Shown here: one piece after another, positions 31,601-44,259 of the stretch | Numbering within the stretch: the first letter of the stretch is position 1 | Layout: the number at the start of each line of letters is the position of its first letter | Assembly: GCA_051362555.1 (NCBI GenBank) | Contig: CM120640.1 | Span: 33,251,967-33,315,966, forward strand | Direction of reading: 5' to 3' | DNA: 64,000 nt | From: Lingula anatina | Lineage: Eukaryota > Animalia > Brachiopoda | Notes under the pieces: generated by a model | What the model was told of the DNA's origin: nothing | What the model saw: only the letters and a program-made list of their open reading frames with translations | Databases searched by the model: none | Program-made: the position numbers and the translations under genes

Positions 31601-32751
31601 AAGGGTAAGAATTTACTATAAAAACATGTTTGACATCAGTAAAATTTTCGATTTCATCAGAATTTTTTTTTTGAGTGATTTTAGTCGGTAGATGATGGAA
31701 ATGCAGATTTTTAGAATCTAAAAGGTAACTTTTGAGACCTTGGCATATTTTGAATAAATTAACCAACCCATCAGAATAAGGCTTGAATATCATGTAGCAT
31801 GTTTAAGTATGCACATAAAATTTTTAATTTTTCTGATAAAGAGAGGGTATTGATACAAAGCAAATGTAACATAGGAAATCAAAATTTAAAGTATTTATAC
31901 ATTTTCTTTTTTAATGTAGGTAAGCTGCCTAAGAACTATGATCCTGGTAGTGATCCTGATCCTGAAAGATGGCTGCCCAAGAAAGAACGGTCTTACTACA
32001 GAGGCAAAAGAAAGGACAAAAGAAAAGAGATTGGTAAGCTATTTATACTGCTGCTATCACATATTGAAGCATTACTTTGAATGCACTACAGATACCTTAG
32101 TGCTGTTCTATTTAATAAAACAAAGATAGGTGGTCATATCAGTACATAAGTAACTGATAAATAAATAGCAGTTTTGCCAGATTTTTAGATACAAAAACTG
32201 GGCCATCACATCATAAAGCACTACAGTTTTTTCTCTTTTTTATTTTTCAAAATTGCAATGATAGTTTCTACAAAACTGCAGGTTCACATAAAGAGTTATT
32301 ACTTATTATTTTATCAATTAATTAATTTTATCAATTATATATTGTTATATTTTTTGTTCACAGGCCGTGGAGCTCAGGGTGCAACTTCAGGTGGTGCTGA
32401 CCTGTAAGTATTTTAAAGTTATAGGTGCTACTGTGCAACATGATAAACAAAAAGCTGAATGCCATGTCAGCATAATAACTCAAATAAAACGGGTGTTATT
32501 GTGAACACATTTCCATTTGTATCATTTAACAGCAGCTGGTACTAAATAGAAACAGGCTGAAAAATTTGTTACTGTGTGCCTTTTCTAAAATAATGTTCTC
32601 CATTTGCAGAGATGCCAGTAAGCCTAGTGGTGAAAGCTCAGCCTCCCCTGCGGCTGGGTCTGCCCCTAGTCCCGTAGCTCCTGGACCCAGGCAGCAGAAA
32701 CCACAGTCTGGGAACAAGCAGAAGAAGAAAAAGAAGGGAAGCAAGTGGTAA
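25684..32751 (+). CDS. SRP72: Signal recognition particle subunit SRP72, 20 exons
   Basis: Exons 25684-25783, 26021-26135, 26395-26515, 27121-27186, 27319-27396, 27579-27690, 27797-27872, 28105-28185, 28349-28406, 28745-28876, 29324-29452, 29857-29994, 30211-30306, 30540-30643, 30763-30840, 31133-31261, 31552-31604, 31920-32033, 32364-32403, 32610-32751. Motifs [21 protein letters not shown], the RNA-binding [27 protein letters not shown] and C-terminal KKKKKGSKW. Confidence 0.96.
30841..31132 (+). other. U12-type (minor spliceosome) GT-AG intron in SRP72
   Basis: 5' splice site GTATCCTTTT, branch-like CTTAAC at 31117-31122 about 10 nt before the AG, no long pyrimidine tract. Confidence 0.85.
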
Positions 32752-34510
32752 ACTCACACCTGGCAAGAATGTAAAACTACAAACTGCTTTGGATATACGT
32801 ACAAAGTATGGAGGCAAAAATATTGTTTGAAAAGTCTAATGGAATTATTGATGCATTCTGACATATTTGTTTATGGTGGTGATGAGGTCATTGTGATCAG
32901 AATGTTGTCAGACTCGACTTTCTTACTGAGTGAATTTTCTACGATTATGTAGAAATATTACAGACAAAGTGGGAGATGAATCTGTAACGATTTGCCACAA
33001 AAAAATCTGAAAATGTATTTTGAAATTGTTTATTGAAAAATTTTCCTGAAAAAGTGAATCTTTCAAAACGAAAGTGCTGCAGGAAACACAACCTGCTAAC
33101 GTGTGGTTTCAAAGAATATTTACTGGACACCATTACATTAAAAAAATACAAGAAATGAATAGAATATCAGTCATTCTGGCATAGCTACATCCTCTTTAGA
33201 GGTAGTTTACATTAGATAAACATGCACCATTTCAATTTTGTCGAATCTATTGGCTTGTCATGATAATAATTTGACATGACCTTTAAGTAAATTGTGTCCG
33301 CATATTAATCTAGTCTTTAACTCCACAGTTACATGTAAAATTTAATAAAATAAAGATACTTAAAATGACAGTTGTTTTCAGTGTTATGATAAAATCTTAA
33401 AATCCATTGGCATTTCATCTTGCTCATGACCAGTTGTATAATTTTGCAGATTCAAAACTAGGAATTATTGTAAGCAACAGGGATGACAAAAACATCTATA
33501 GCTGAGATATGTTTAAATGCAGTCTTCAACTTATCCTAGTCTACTGATAATACTAGTGCTCCTTACAATGTGGTAAGTGGGCCCAACGCTCACACTGAAA
33601 CTAGAAAAGCACTTCTCCTTACATATATACTAACAGTGACAACTCCCTACATCGAAGTGAATATAACACTAGCAGCTACTAATGAAAAACAATACAACAG
33701 ATTTTCACTACTTAAACAGAAGTGCAATATTTGCATTTAAGCATGGAATTATCGTTTCTAACTAGGCTACTTTGAAAAGCACCGAAAGATCCCCAGCTTT
33801 GCAAGGGAACTGACACTAGCACTAGACGTGCAGTGTTCCATTATACAAGGAAAAACATTTTAAGTATGAAAAACATTTCAACATAGAAAGTAATATGGCA
33901 TTAACTTTTAACCTTCGTTGTCAATAAAGTGAGCACCCCATTTAACAAACTTGCAATAAAAGATTCTAAATTCAAATAAACAATCTCAAGATTTTTATAT
34001 AATACAAATATAATACATGCAAAAAATCAAGAGATTCTTGACTTTAAATAGAGAAAATTGCTCCAAAGTGAAATATCCACAATATAAATGGAATGAATGA
34101 GTTTTCAACAATGAAAGAACAGAGACTAGGTATATAATGCTGCTAATTAAAATGCTGGGTATGTATTCCCTCAAAGAAATCTGTTTTTTGGAATGAATAA
34201 ACTAGTTGAGTACATAAAGATAAACATTATTAAACATGGTAGAGAAGAAATGCACAAAAAGGCTAGAAAATATGTTTGCAAATCTCATTATCTCTGTGAC
34301 ACTCGTGCAAAATAATTTCAATAAACCATAATAACCAGTGCAGGGTTAAATGACATTTACTCCTTTACAATCATTGACACGTGTATACACATATCACTTT
34401 CAGACAACTGGAAATTTGATCCATTGCACTATTGGAAAAAAGTGGTTTGAGTCATTACCATGTGAAAGACAAGCCCTGATTAATACACTCAAATGTGCAC
34501 ACAAACCTAA

Positions 34511-34724
34511 GGGTGCATTCCCATAGATTTTAGATTGATCTATCCCCGTGGGGTGTCTCGCTAGATTACTGTCAGATAATCCGGCTTCAATGTCCGTCCC
34601 GCCTACTACAAGCTGTAAGGGGGTAATTAACTTTCGTGTCTGCTCGGCTGACAGCTATTTAGCATGAACCCCCAGGGAGTTAGGTCGATCTAGTTGGATC
34701 GATCTAATCTCTGGGAATGGGGTC
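34511..34724. mobile_element. MITE family A, copy 2 (opposite orientation, in the P450 3'UTR region)
   Basis: Reverse-complement homology to 46468-46682; TAA on both flanks. Confidence 0.75.
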
Positions 34725-34879
34725 TAAGATGAAGATACATACATGTCACTTGTTACGTCATGTTTTTGAAAAAATATTGTTCCAAAAATAACAAGTTGTT
34801 CATTTATATGCATAATTGGACTCCTTACATAAATAACCTGGACTTGCACAACCGAGTACTTATTCTTCAACTGTTCCAT

Positions 34880-37800
34880 CTATTTTCTTGTGAACTTTGC
34901 TTTAACCTTATCCTTAGGTCGTGACACTGGCAGCCATTTGTATTCCAGGCACTGCCCTTCTTCTAACTCCCAGGTAAACTGAGAAATGAGGGAGGTACAG
35001 ATGGTCTGTAATTGGATAAAATGACATTAAAGTAGTTCAAATAAGCATTAAAACAGGTCAATTTCATTAAAGTTAGAAAAAAAGTTTTTATAAAATTCTG
35101 ACACTGGTAGCTGAATATATATATATATATATATATAGCCCTTTTAAGACTTTTTGTAGCCAGCATTATAAAATGAAAGTGATCAGAAATGAATATTTTT
35201 TTGTGAAAATTGGACCTTTTTGAGAAATGGCATAAAACCTTTTTCTGCAAAAATGGTCAACCCACCCTCCCCTGGCTAAAGGCCTGTTAATAGTTGAAAA
35301 GTGTAAAGAAGAATCAATACATAAGAAGTAGTAATACATCTGATCATCTGATGTAAACATCCTTCTTTCTGCAAAACTTACTCTCAGCATGTTCCACATA
35401 ATATGTTGTCCCACACAATCCCTTGCCCCACCACCAAAACAAAAAAGTGAATCCTTGGACAGAGAGCTGTAGAAATGAAGAAATAAAATCCACATTTTAT
35501 CATTTTTTTTCCACATAAGCATGCTGAAATATTTTTCAACTGAATACATACTATTTAAACTAGAATTAAAGACGAGAAAAAAAATTGAAAAATTTCCACA
35601 AAGATAACTTATATATAACCAACACCAACACCCAACTCTAGCATATATAAATTTAGCCAAGAGAATACTCCAAGAAATCTCTGCAAAGTAAAATCTCTGC
35701 CAAGTAAAATCCCTGAGACATAATTGCACCATTTACTGTGGTCTACTAGTACCTGTTGCTCCACCTGTCTGGCCTAAAGTTATCAGGGTCTGGGAAGACT
35801 TTGGGGTCCCTGTGTGAGGCATGGGTACAGTACAGGACAGCATGACCATGAGGAATACGATAACCAGCAGATAAAACTAGGTCCTGTTTGTTGAAAATTA
35901 AATATAAACCCAAGAATTACCTTAAACTGAAACATTGTTCTAATGACCTGAATTTAAATTGGTTTTCCTAAAAGAAACTTAAATTGTTAAGAATTCGAAG
36001 GAAAATTATGCATACAAGCCTTTATTTTATTGCCAAAATTGTTAATTCAGCAAATGTGAATGAGTAAAGCATGCAAACAACACAATCTGGGTGGCATGGT
36101 ATATCTTGGAGGTGAAACAGGAACATACACTTTTACTACAGACTCTACAAAGATTTCTTGTAAGTTTGTGCATATAAAACTAATTTCAGACGAAACAATT
36201 ATACCTTTTTAACAACTCTCCTTCCTCCAGCAAAAGGTGGCCACAATCGTTGCACTTCTAATAACACAGCATCAAAATGCTTTTGATTATCCAACATGTC
36301 TTCAATCTCGTATTTTGACATCCACTGGGATGTGACAAGGACAAAGGAAGTGACAAGAGAGGCGAGAGCTTTTGGCACCAAGGCTGAAGTGAGAAGCAGT
36401 AAGTGATTGGCTGCGAGGATAGGAGTTTTGAAACCTGCTTCTCTGACTTGAAGAGGAAATGTAGCATCTGTGTCTTCTGCATGAAGTTTTGTCTGGATTA
36501 TTTCCAATAATAGTTTCTGAAAATGAACAAGTAAATGTTGGCAAATTGTTCCAGTAATCACATCTATTGAACTAAATGGAACAGGCACTTTTGTAATTAC
36601 AATGAAATATCTATCTTTGATACATGATGCACATATGAATACAAATAAAGTGAATATGACTCGGTTTGTTCTAGTAAGACAATTTACTTACCTTTGCCTC
36701 AAGTGCCTTGGAATATGTTGATGAGGTGCCAAATGGAACTCTGAAGTTCACAGGTACTGATATTATGCCTGTTAAATGAAACAATATCACATTATTCTTT
36801 GTAGCATCATCCAATCAAAAGTAGAAGGACAAGGGCTTTTAAGTTAAAACATTTAACTCCTAGTTTCCGATTTGAAATCATGACAATTTTTAAATAGCAT
36901 CTTCCACAAAAAAATCAATGTAATAGGCCTTTTCATGGCAAAAAAGCAATTTTCCCGTTACAAAACCACTGAGAAAACTACAATCTATGAGTCCATTTTT
37001 AAGTTCTAATTCATAATGAAAAACAGTAAAATTCACAAGCCTCTTCCTCTATTGATAGAGTGATTGGCTCAAAATCCTAGAAATTTAGAACTCAATATTT
37101 ACTTGTAGACTCCAAAGTCTTAATTCTGTGAACAGTTTTGTATATACCTTAATTAAGCAAAAAATTTGAATAAATCCAGGGAAAAATCATTTTGCTATAT
37201 AAGGTTCCCCTCCTGATTAATAGTATGTGTCTAAAGTGTGTAACTTTGCTTACCATGCCAATGTGTTGTCGTCAATTCACATATTCTACTTGCAAGTTCT
37301 TTGCTTTCTTCAAAATCAACACCAAGAAAAAGTGTCAAACATATTTCTGTTGCAAGCTTTTTCACCATTGTGTAAGCACATATTGTCTCCCTGGAACAAG
37401 CAATTATTAAAATCACATTAGAACAGATGCTGACGTGTGTTATTCAATCAATGGTATTTTTATTTTGGGTATAATTAAAATCATTAAACATATCAATAAT
37501 TTAATAGTCTCTTTAATTTTTACATGACCACTGAACACTTAACAATTGCAAGAAAAAATGACTATGTACCTCATAGAACTGAATATAGATATTTAAAATT
37601 AATTGCATTTTTTCTCTTTTGTCATTATTCATGCGTAGTTTTTTATGTATAATTATCAATTTGTCATACCTTGTTTCTACACCTTGTAAGTGCTTTTCTA
37701 CTAACCTGAAATAGGAAAATAAATAATCAGAAACATAATGGGTCACTTTTTAATAAATCATATAAATCATTGTGATGAAAAGAAGAAATGATTTTATAAT

Positions 37801-38785
37801 ACTGACTACAATTTAAATGTCTATTTACCTTTCAACTATATCTTGAAAATGGCCTACTGTTGTTTCATCAAGCAACCTATGAAAAATTTTCCGAATGTTA
37901 TCAGCTTCTTCTCCTGACAAAGAAAAAAAGTATTCAGCAAAAGTATATCCTGCATCAAGTAGATACATAACATTTAAAACAAATTATTAACCAAAATAAC
38001 AGTGCAGACAGTCACATTTTATAAAGTTTTTACCAATAATAAAATTTTAGACAATAATTTATTCATTTTAACACATATTTGCATATTTTTAAGATAAAGA
38101 TTTAAGCATTCTAACACTTTCTTTACATCTTCCAAAGGAATTTAGGACATTCATGTATACATACCATTGGCAAATAAGATGTTATCCCCTAGAACATTGT
38201 GCATAAATACTTTGTAACCAAATTCTAAATGTTCTCCATGATCTGAAGGAAAATATCACATACATTTAATGTCGCATGGGCACACAGAAAAATTGCACAT
38301 GGGTACAATTTATATTGCATAAAAGTTAAAATAACCTCAGATAACGGGCTTTTTTAATGCCCACCTGCAGTAGTCATTTTAGTATTAAAATACTAGAATG
38401 CCATTCACTTGTGCAAATGGCCAAACAAGTGAATTTAAGCCACACCTGAATGATAGTTTTAAACCATTTTTTCAAACATGTATTCCTTCAACTTTTTTTG
38501 TAAGAAAAATGACAATAATCAACATTATAGAAATGGAGAAAACATGTTCAAGATAAATAATTACATTTGTAAGCCATATGTACCTTTTAGCAGTTCATTC
38601 ACCATAGAATGATCTGCAACAAACACTGTAGGTGTATTTAGTAATCTTGAGATAAATATACGGGAGTGATGCTGGTCAATTCTTTTCAGAACAAACTGCA
38701 CAGCATCTTTGTAGTATTCATAAGACTTGTCCCCAACCACAGGCAAGCCTGCACTGCCAGGAATGTGCAGCAACTTGCTGGTCAT
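34880..38785 (-). CDS. Cytochrome P450, clan 26 (CYP16/CYP120-like), ~422 aa, 10 coding exons
   Basis: Exons 38584-38785, 38165-38242, 37829-37913, 37670-37705, 37254-37390, 36692-36768, 36205-36516, 35753-35883, 35382-35466, 34880-35005 (1269 nt). Motifs PGSAGLPVVG, K-helix EVQR followed by LWPPFAGGRR, meander FPDPDNFRPDRW and heme motif FGGGARDCVG. The P450 call is firm; the family assignment is from memory. Confidence 0.88.
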
Positions 38786-39399
38786 TTCTTTCTTGCATCA
38801 GCTGTATGTCTTCCGTTTCCCTGGTAAGAGTAAATGTATTCAGACTATTTGTAAATATACCTATAAACAAATATACATGCATATACACCAGATATTTACA
38901 CAGTAGATACTCAAATTTAGAATGACAGGAGCATTTTATTTATTTATTTATATATCTATATTTATTTATCTATTTATTTATTTATTTGCTATTTTAATCG
39001 TTAAAGATTTTTCATTTTAATAATTTTAAGGAAAGTCATTACCATTACATTTTACTTACAATAACAATATTGAGATATGAACTCAAAATACCTTGTAAAC
39101 TTAACACAACAGATAACTTAATATATGTTAAAAGTCATACTTAATTTCAAGGTAAATAAAAATATGTGTTTGTTAACAACTGTTCGAATTGAAAAAAAAA
39201 AAAGCCACGGTCTATGCCAAAAAGCAATGGCCCGTCAGAATACTTCCCCCTCCCACCCACAAACAAACTAATCAAAACTTGCATACATAATAAAAACAAA
39301 TAGATAATTTTAAAAGGCATAAATATACACATTGTTCCATACATTGGATTAATGATGAAATGAATAGATAGTATCAATATATTCACAATGCCCTACTGT

Positions 39400-39651
39400 A
39401 CCTGTCAAATCAAATGTCAAGTGAGGTGTTGGGTACAGGCGACTTCCGTCATTGCAGAGCATATGTCAGCACTTCCAAACCCTGTTGATTTGACACATGT
39501 TCTGTTGTGATACTCAGCAGCATTAAAATTTTTGTACTCAGTTTACATTTGTGGAAAGGGTATTGACAAACAGCAGTTCGCGCTCCTTATCTATGTCAAA
39601 TCTTCCGTTTCCTTCATACGTGACCTTGACCTGACCTTTCAAAATAGGTCA
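39400..39651. promoter_or_regulatory. Putative bidirectional promoter for the P450 and AGMO
   Basis: Divergent genes; minus-strand donor at ~39400 for a P450 5'UTR exon with acceptor at 38821; ETS-like CTTCCG at ~39443 and ~39602; TGACCT x3 at 39621-39637 and AGGTCA at 39646-39651. Confidence 0.6.
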
Positions 39652-42600
39652 ATGCAAAATCAGGGCTCACTATCACAACACAACACCCTCGAGATGACGT
39701 CTCTGATGAAGGTGCCTATGTCCACTGGGATTAGGAGGCTGTTTTATGCCGTTACACCTAATGAAACGTCATTTGAAAATGTTGATGATGTCCCTCATTA
39801 CATCGAGGATGTAAGTAATAAGTGTCTTGTGAAAAACAGTAAATATACATAGCGATCAGTAATTGCAACTGTCTGTCTGTTGTTATGCAATTGTGCACTG
39901 GCACATATATAGTGCATTTATCACTAAGTATAAAGGGCAAGCAGTTACCGATGGCAAAGTACAAATAGTTCAGATAGCTGTGTGAAGGCATGCAGTGATG
40001 ATATTTTCCTTATTAAAATTTTATAATAAAATAATAATAAATAATGTTCATGAGTATGTTGTACATGTAACAGCTAGTGCACTATACAGTACATGTAGTG
40101 TGTTAAATTGTTAATTTTATTTACTCCATGTGTTTTGTTATCATGCAGTATAGTGCAGTTCATAACATTTGTTCAGAATTTCAATATCTATTTTTTATTG
40201 CAAATCACTTAAAGGTTCCTAAAAAGTTAATTATTTTCTGAAGAGACCGAAGAAATTAATTCTCACCATCGAAGTATGATATCAATTTAGCCCTTCATCA
40301 AAGTACCAGTACTTTGATAACATTAATGATGCTTAATTTCTGAAGAAAACAATCAAATTTTTATCATCGTTAGAAGACTTTTCTTACCATACATAGGCTG
40401 TTCCATTCTTTGTATTTGCTGTTGCCTTGGAAGTGGTGGTCGGGCTGTTAACAGGCAAGCAGGTTTTACGGATAAACGATGCCATTACTTCAGCTGGAGC
40501 TGGCTTAATTTCACTTTTACCATTGTGAGTAAAAAAGTTCTCCAAAGCATGCAGAAGATTATCTTAAACAGTTTGTTATTATGAAAATATAATATATATA
40601 AATATGAAAATTGCTACTTATTATATCTCACTATACTTTTATCATGTTGTATTGTTGGTTTGTTCCATTATATTTTTTTACTTGGAATTAACCCTCATAC
40701 ACAAAACTTTCAAAATACAATAACAAATTATACATGGGTAGAGAAATTTGGTTAAAAGAAATGAAAAGAAAAAAGATGATTGACAGAGGCCCTACAGACT
40801 GATTAGTCAGATTTTCAATTATTGGTCAGTTTTCATATTTCATTTGAACATCTACTGAGCAGTATACAAATTCTGAGCACATGGGACTTAGTTGTTCCCC
40901 ACTTTCCTGACTGGATAACAAGTGTGTCCCATCTTGAAGGTCTGTTAAATGATTTATATTAATTGACATTTATAGGTTATTGATGAGAGGAATTGAAATA
41001 ACTGGATATGTTTGGGTACATGAAAGATTCTGTCTCTATGAACTGCCGTGGAACTCTGCCTGGACTTGGTGGCTGTGCTTCATTGCTGTTGACTTCGGCT
41101 ATTACTGGTTTCATAGAATGGCACATGGTAAAGACATTTTCATACATGTATTCAGAAGAAAATAATAATGCAATCATTTAAATGATAAAAATGCAGCAAT
41201 TCTGTATACTCTTAATTTTTTTATATTATGTCTTTATCTAGAGATGCAACAACTGATTCTTCTATTTTTTGTCCATTTTTTACAAAAGACAACTCATTTT
41301 TGTTATCTTTTTGCATGTACAACTTAAACCTGAACAGATGAATTTTTTTTTTTTGTTTCCTGTGATGCTGTTGGATTGAAATGATATCTGGGTTATTTTC
41401 AGAGGTCAACTTTATGTGGGCATCCCACCAGACTCACCACAGTGCTGAGGACTACAACCTGAGCACAGCTTTGAGACAGTCAATTTTGCAGAGGTACCTC
41501 TCTTGGGTAAGTTGACAGGATTTAGTATCAAACTTGTTAGAAAAGTATAATTGTGACTAGTTATTATCATATTGATTTTCTGTATCCTAGCCAGTTGAAT
41601 TGTCAGTAAAATATATTTTTTTAATTTATCAGTTTTTACTGTACAGTGGTTATTTTTATTTTGATAGTAAATATGACTTAAATGGTACACAAGAATATTG
41701 AATACATAAATATATTTAAAAAACTGTGTATTCTTAGATTTTAATCGGTAAAGTTCAGTTTTCTTTTGGTCATTTTGTCAACCTTAACGAAATCCATATG
41801 TTCACATTAATTTGGGAGATAGATTGACCTTTCATCAATTTAGAACTTTTATATCAAATTAATATTTGGATATGCGCAATTGAAACTTTGTTTCATGAAA
41901 TTACATTTCAGGTATTTTACCTTCCTTTAGCCTTGATTGTTCCTCCAGCAATTTTTGTAGCTCACCTCCAGTTTAATATTCTCTACCAGTTTTGGATACA
42001 CAATGAGGTATATCACGAAAAATTTTTTGCTTGATTTTTCTCTTCATAATCCTGCTTTCAGATATTTTATTTGCCTTTAGCGTTGTGTGTCCCACCGTCC
42101 ATATATCTTATGCATGTTGAATTTAATACAATTTATCAGTTTTGGATTCATACTCTGGTAAGTTACAATGTATATATACTATTATGTATTATTTTGTGTT
42201 TTTGACTAAATAACTTCTCTTCCTTGAACTTTTATCAAAAAATTGTTAAAATTTGCTTTTACATAAATTTTTCATACTACATATTTTACATATGTTCTCT
42301 GTTTAATTAATTTGCACCCCAATATACGTTATCAGACAGGTTTTATTCCATTTAGATGACATCAAAAGTTTGCCTCTTTACAAATTGGGATGATGGCAAC
42401 ATATTTATTACACATATTTGAATATTGATACGCATTTATTATAAATATTGTATTAATCTTTGTAATAATTATCGTGTTCTGCATTTGTTTCTCATTTGTA
42501 GTATTTACAGTATAATTGAGCATTTTGTTCTTACAGATGATAAAATCCTTAGGGCCCCTCGAGTGGATTTTGAACACCCCAAGTCACCATCGAGTTCACC

Positions 42601-44259
42601 ATGGCAGGAATCCATACTGTATAGACAAAAACTATGCTGGGACTCTAATAATTTGGGACCGTCTGTTCGGAACCTTCCAGGCTGAGAATGAGGAGGTGGT
42701 GTACGGACTCACACACCCAATCAACACATTTAACCCTATAGAAGCACAGGTTTGTTTTATATGTATATATATAAATCCGCCAGTGAACTGCTCGAGCTGT
42801 AAATTTTTTTTCTCCTATGTGATAAAGCTGTATATGGAAAAAGAGCATATAATTATTATTTATCACAGATCGTTTCCACCAGCTCAGTCTGGTGTAAAAG
42901 TGTATGTCAAGCTCTCTGTTGATATTGTTTCCATCTTTTAATTTTTAGTTTGGTTATGTAAAATATTTGTGGAGCAGATTATGGGAATTTGACAATCTAA
43001 GTGACAAGGTCTCATCCCTAGTTAAAGGACCAGGTTGGGCACCTGGTAAACCTAGGCTTGGGAACATAGAAGACATTCCAAAGGTAAGTAAACTGGCACT
43101 TCATCAGGACAAATACAGTGTAGGTAAATGCATTTTTGTCAGGTAAATCTCAGATGTGATATTTTATGAGAAATGCTGTGGGTTGATATGGCCAGTGGGT
43201 TGAGACTTGAAGATACTGTGTAGCTATCCTTCGTACTAGCACCCTTAGAATGCATTCAGAACGTACAGCAAACTTACAGATCCGTGGATCAAATATGACC
43301 TTGTCAATCATGTACTGTCTGTCAGCAGTTTATTTGTCACAGAAGACAATAATATTTATCAATTTTGTAGAAAGTATTTAATGTCTATTTTAGGTAAAGG
43401 CACCTGTAAAGAAGTATGACAGTGGACTGCCTTTGTCATTGAGTTTATTTGTGCTGAGTCATTATTTGCTGGTTTTGATTGGTTACCAGGAACTGGTAGC
43501 TAGGAAAAGTGTAAGTGATCTCTGAATTTTTAACAACAAGAAAATCTTATGAAAATTTTTTATTTGAAAAAAAAAAAAATCAGAATGAGCACAATGGTGC
43601 TTTTACACTGGACACAAACACTTTGAATGATCAGTATTTAAACCACGAGAACATATATGATGCTAAAGAACATGCCAGCATATAAATCCATGATAGCGAA
43701 ATAAGGTTTCAGCAGTACGATGAAGAAGAAAAAGTACACCTCTTAACCTGTAACTCATTGAAATTTGTGCCTTCTTTTCTTTTTAGGGATTAAGTCAACT
43801 AAATGTTGCATGTTTCATTGCTTACATTGTGCTGTCTCTGACGTGTTTTGGAGCACTATTTGATAACAGGTAATTTAGACATTTCTTTAAAAAATTTCCT
43901 TGCCACATTGGAAAAGACTGAACAGTTTTAACTCTTCTACAAATATAATGATTCCTGTAGTACATCATACCAGTATTGTACCTTTTTAATTAAGCGACCT
44001 CTTACCTTTATTTTTCTGTCTGTTCTTTATTTTCCATAATTTTTGTTGTAGATTTTATGCGCCATTCCTGGAATGTTTTCGCTGTGTGCTGTTTGTTGCT
44101 TGTGATCTTTACCTCACAAGGGGCAGGTTGGAGGAGCGTCCAGTCTGGCAGCACTTGATCCAGTGGTATTTTCTGTTTTCTGCATGTCTCTGGGGTCTGC
44201 AGGCTGTAAGGATGCTCATGAGTCCAAAGAATGAAAAAGAACAGCAAAAACAGAGTTGA
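39652..44259 (+). CDS. AGMO: Alkylglycerol monooxygenase (TMEM195; BH4-dependent ether-lipid cleavage, fatty acid hydroxylase superfamily)
   Basis: Exons 39652-39810, 40397-40524, 40976-41127, 41403-41506, [41912-42007 or 42062-42157], 42537-42749, 42949-43083, 43394-43510, 43787-43869, 44052-44259. His motifs YYWFHRMAHE, WASHQTHHS, YQFWIH, TPSHHRVHHGRNPYCIDKNYAG, plus KGPGWAPGKPRLG. The start Met is uncertain (several in exon 1). Confidence 0.94.
42062..42157 (+). CDS. AGMO: AGMO alternative exon 5b, a duplicate of exon 5a (41912-42007)
   Basis: ttcag|96 nt|gtaagt, phase 0/0, encoding IFYLPLALCVPPSIYLMHVEFNTIYQFWIHTL versus 5a VFYLPLALIVPPAIFVAHLQFNILYQFWIHNE. Confidence 0.85.
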
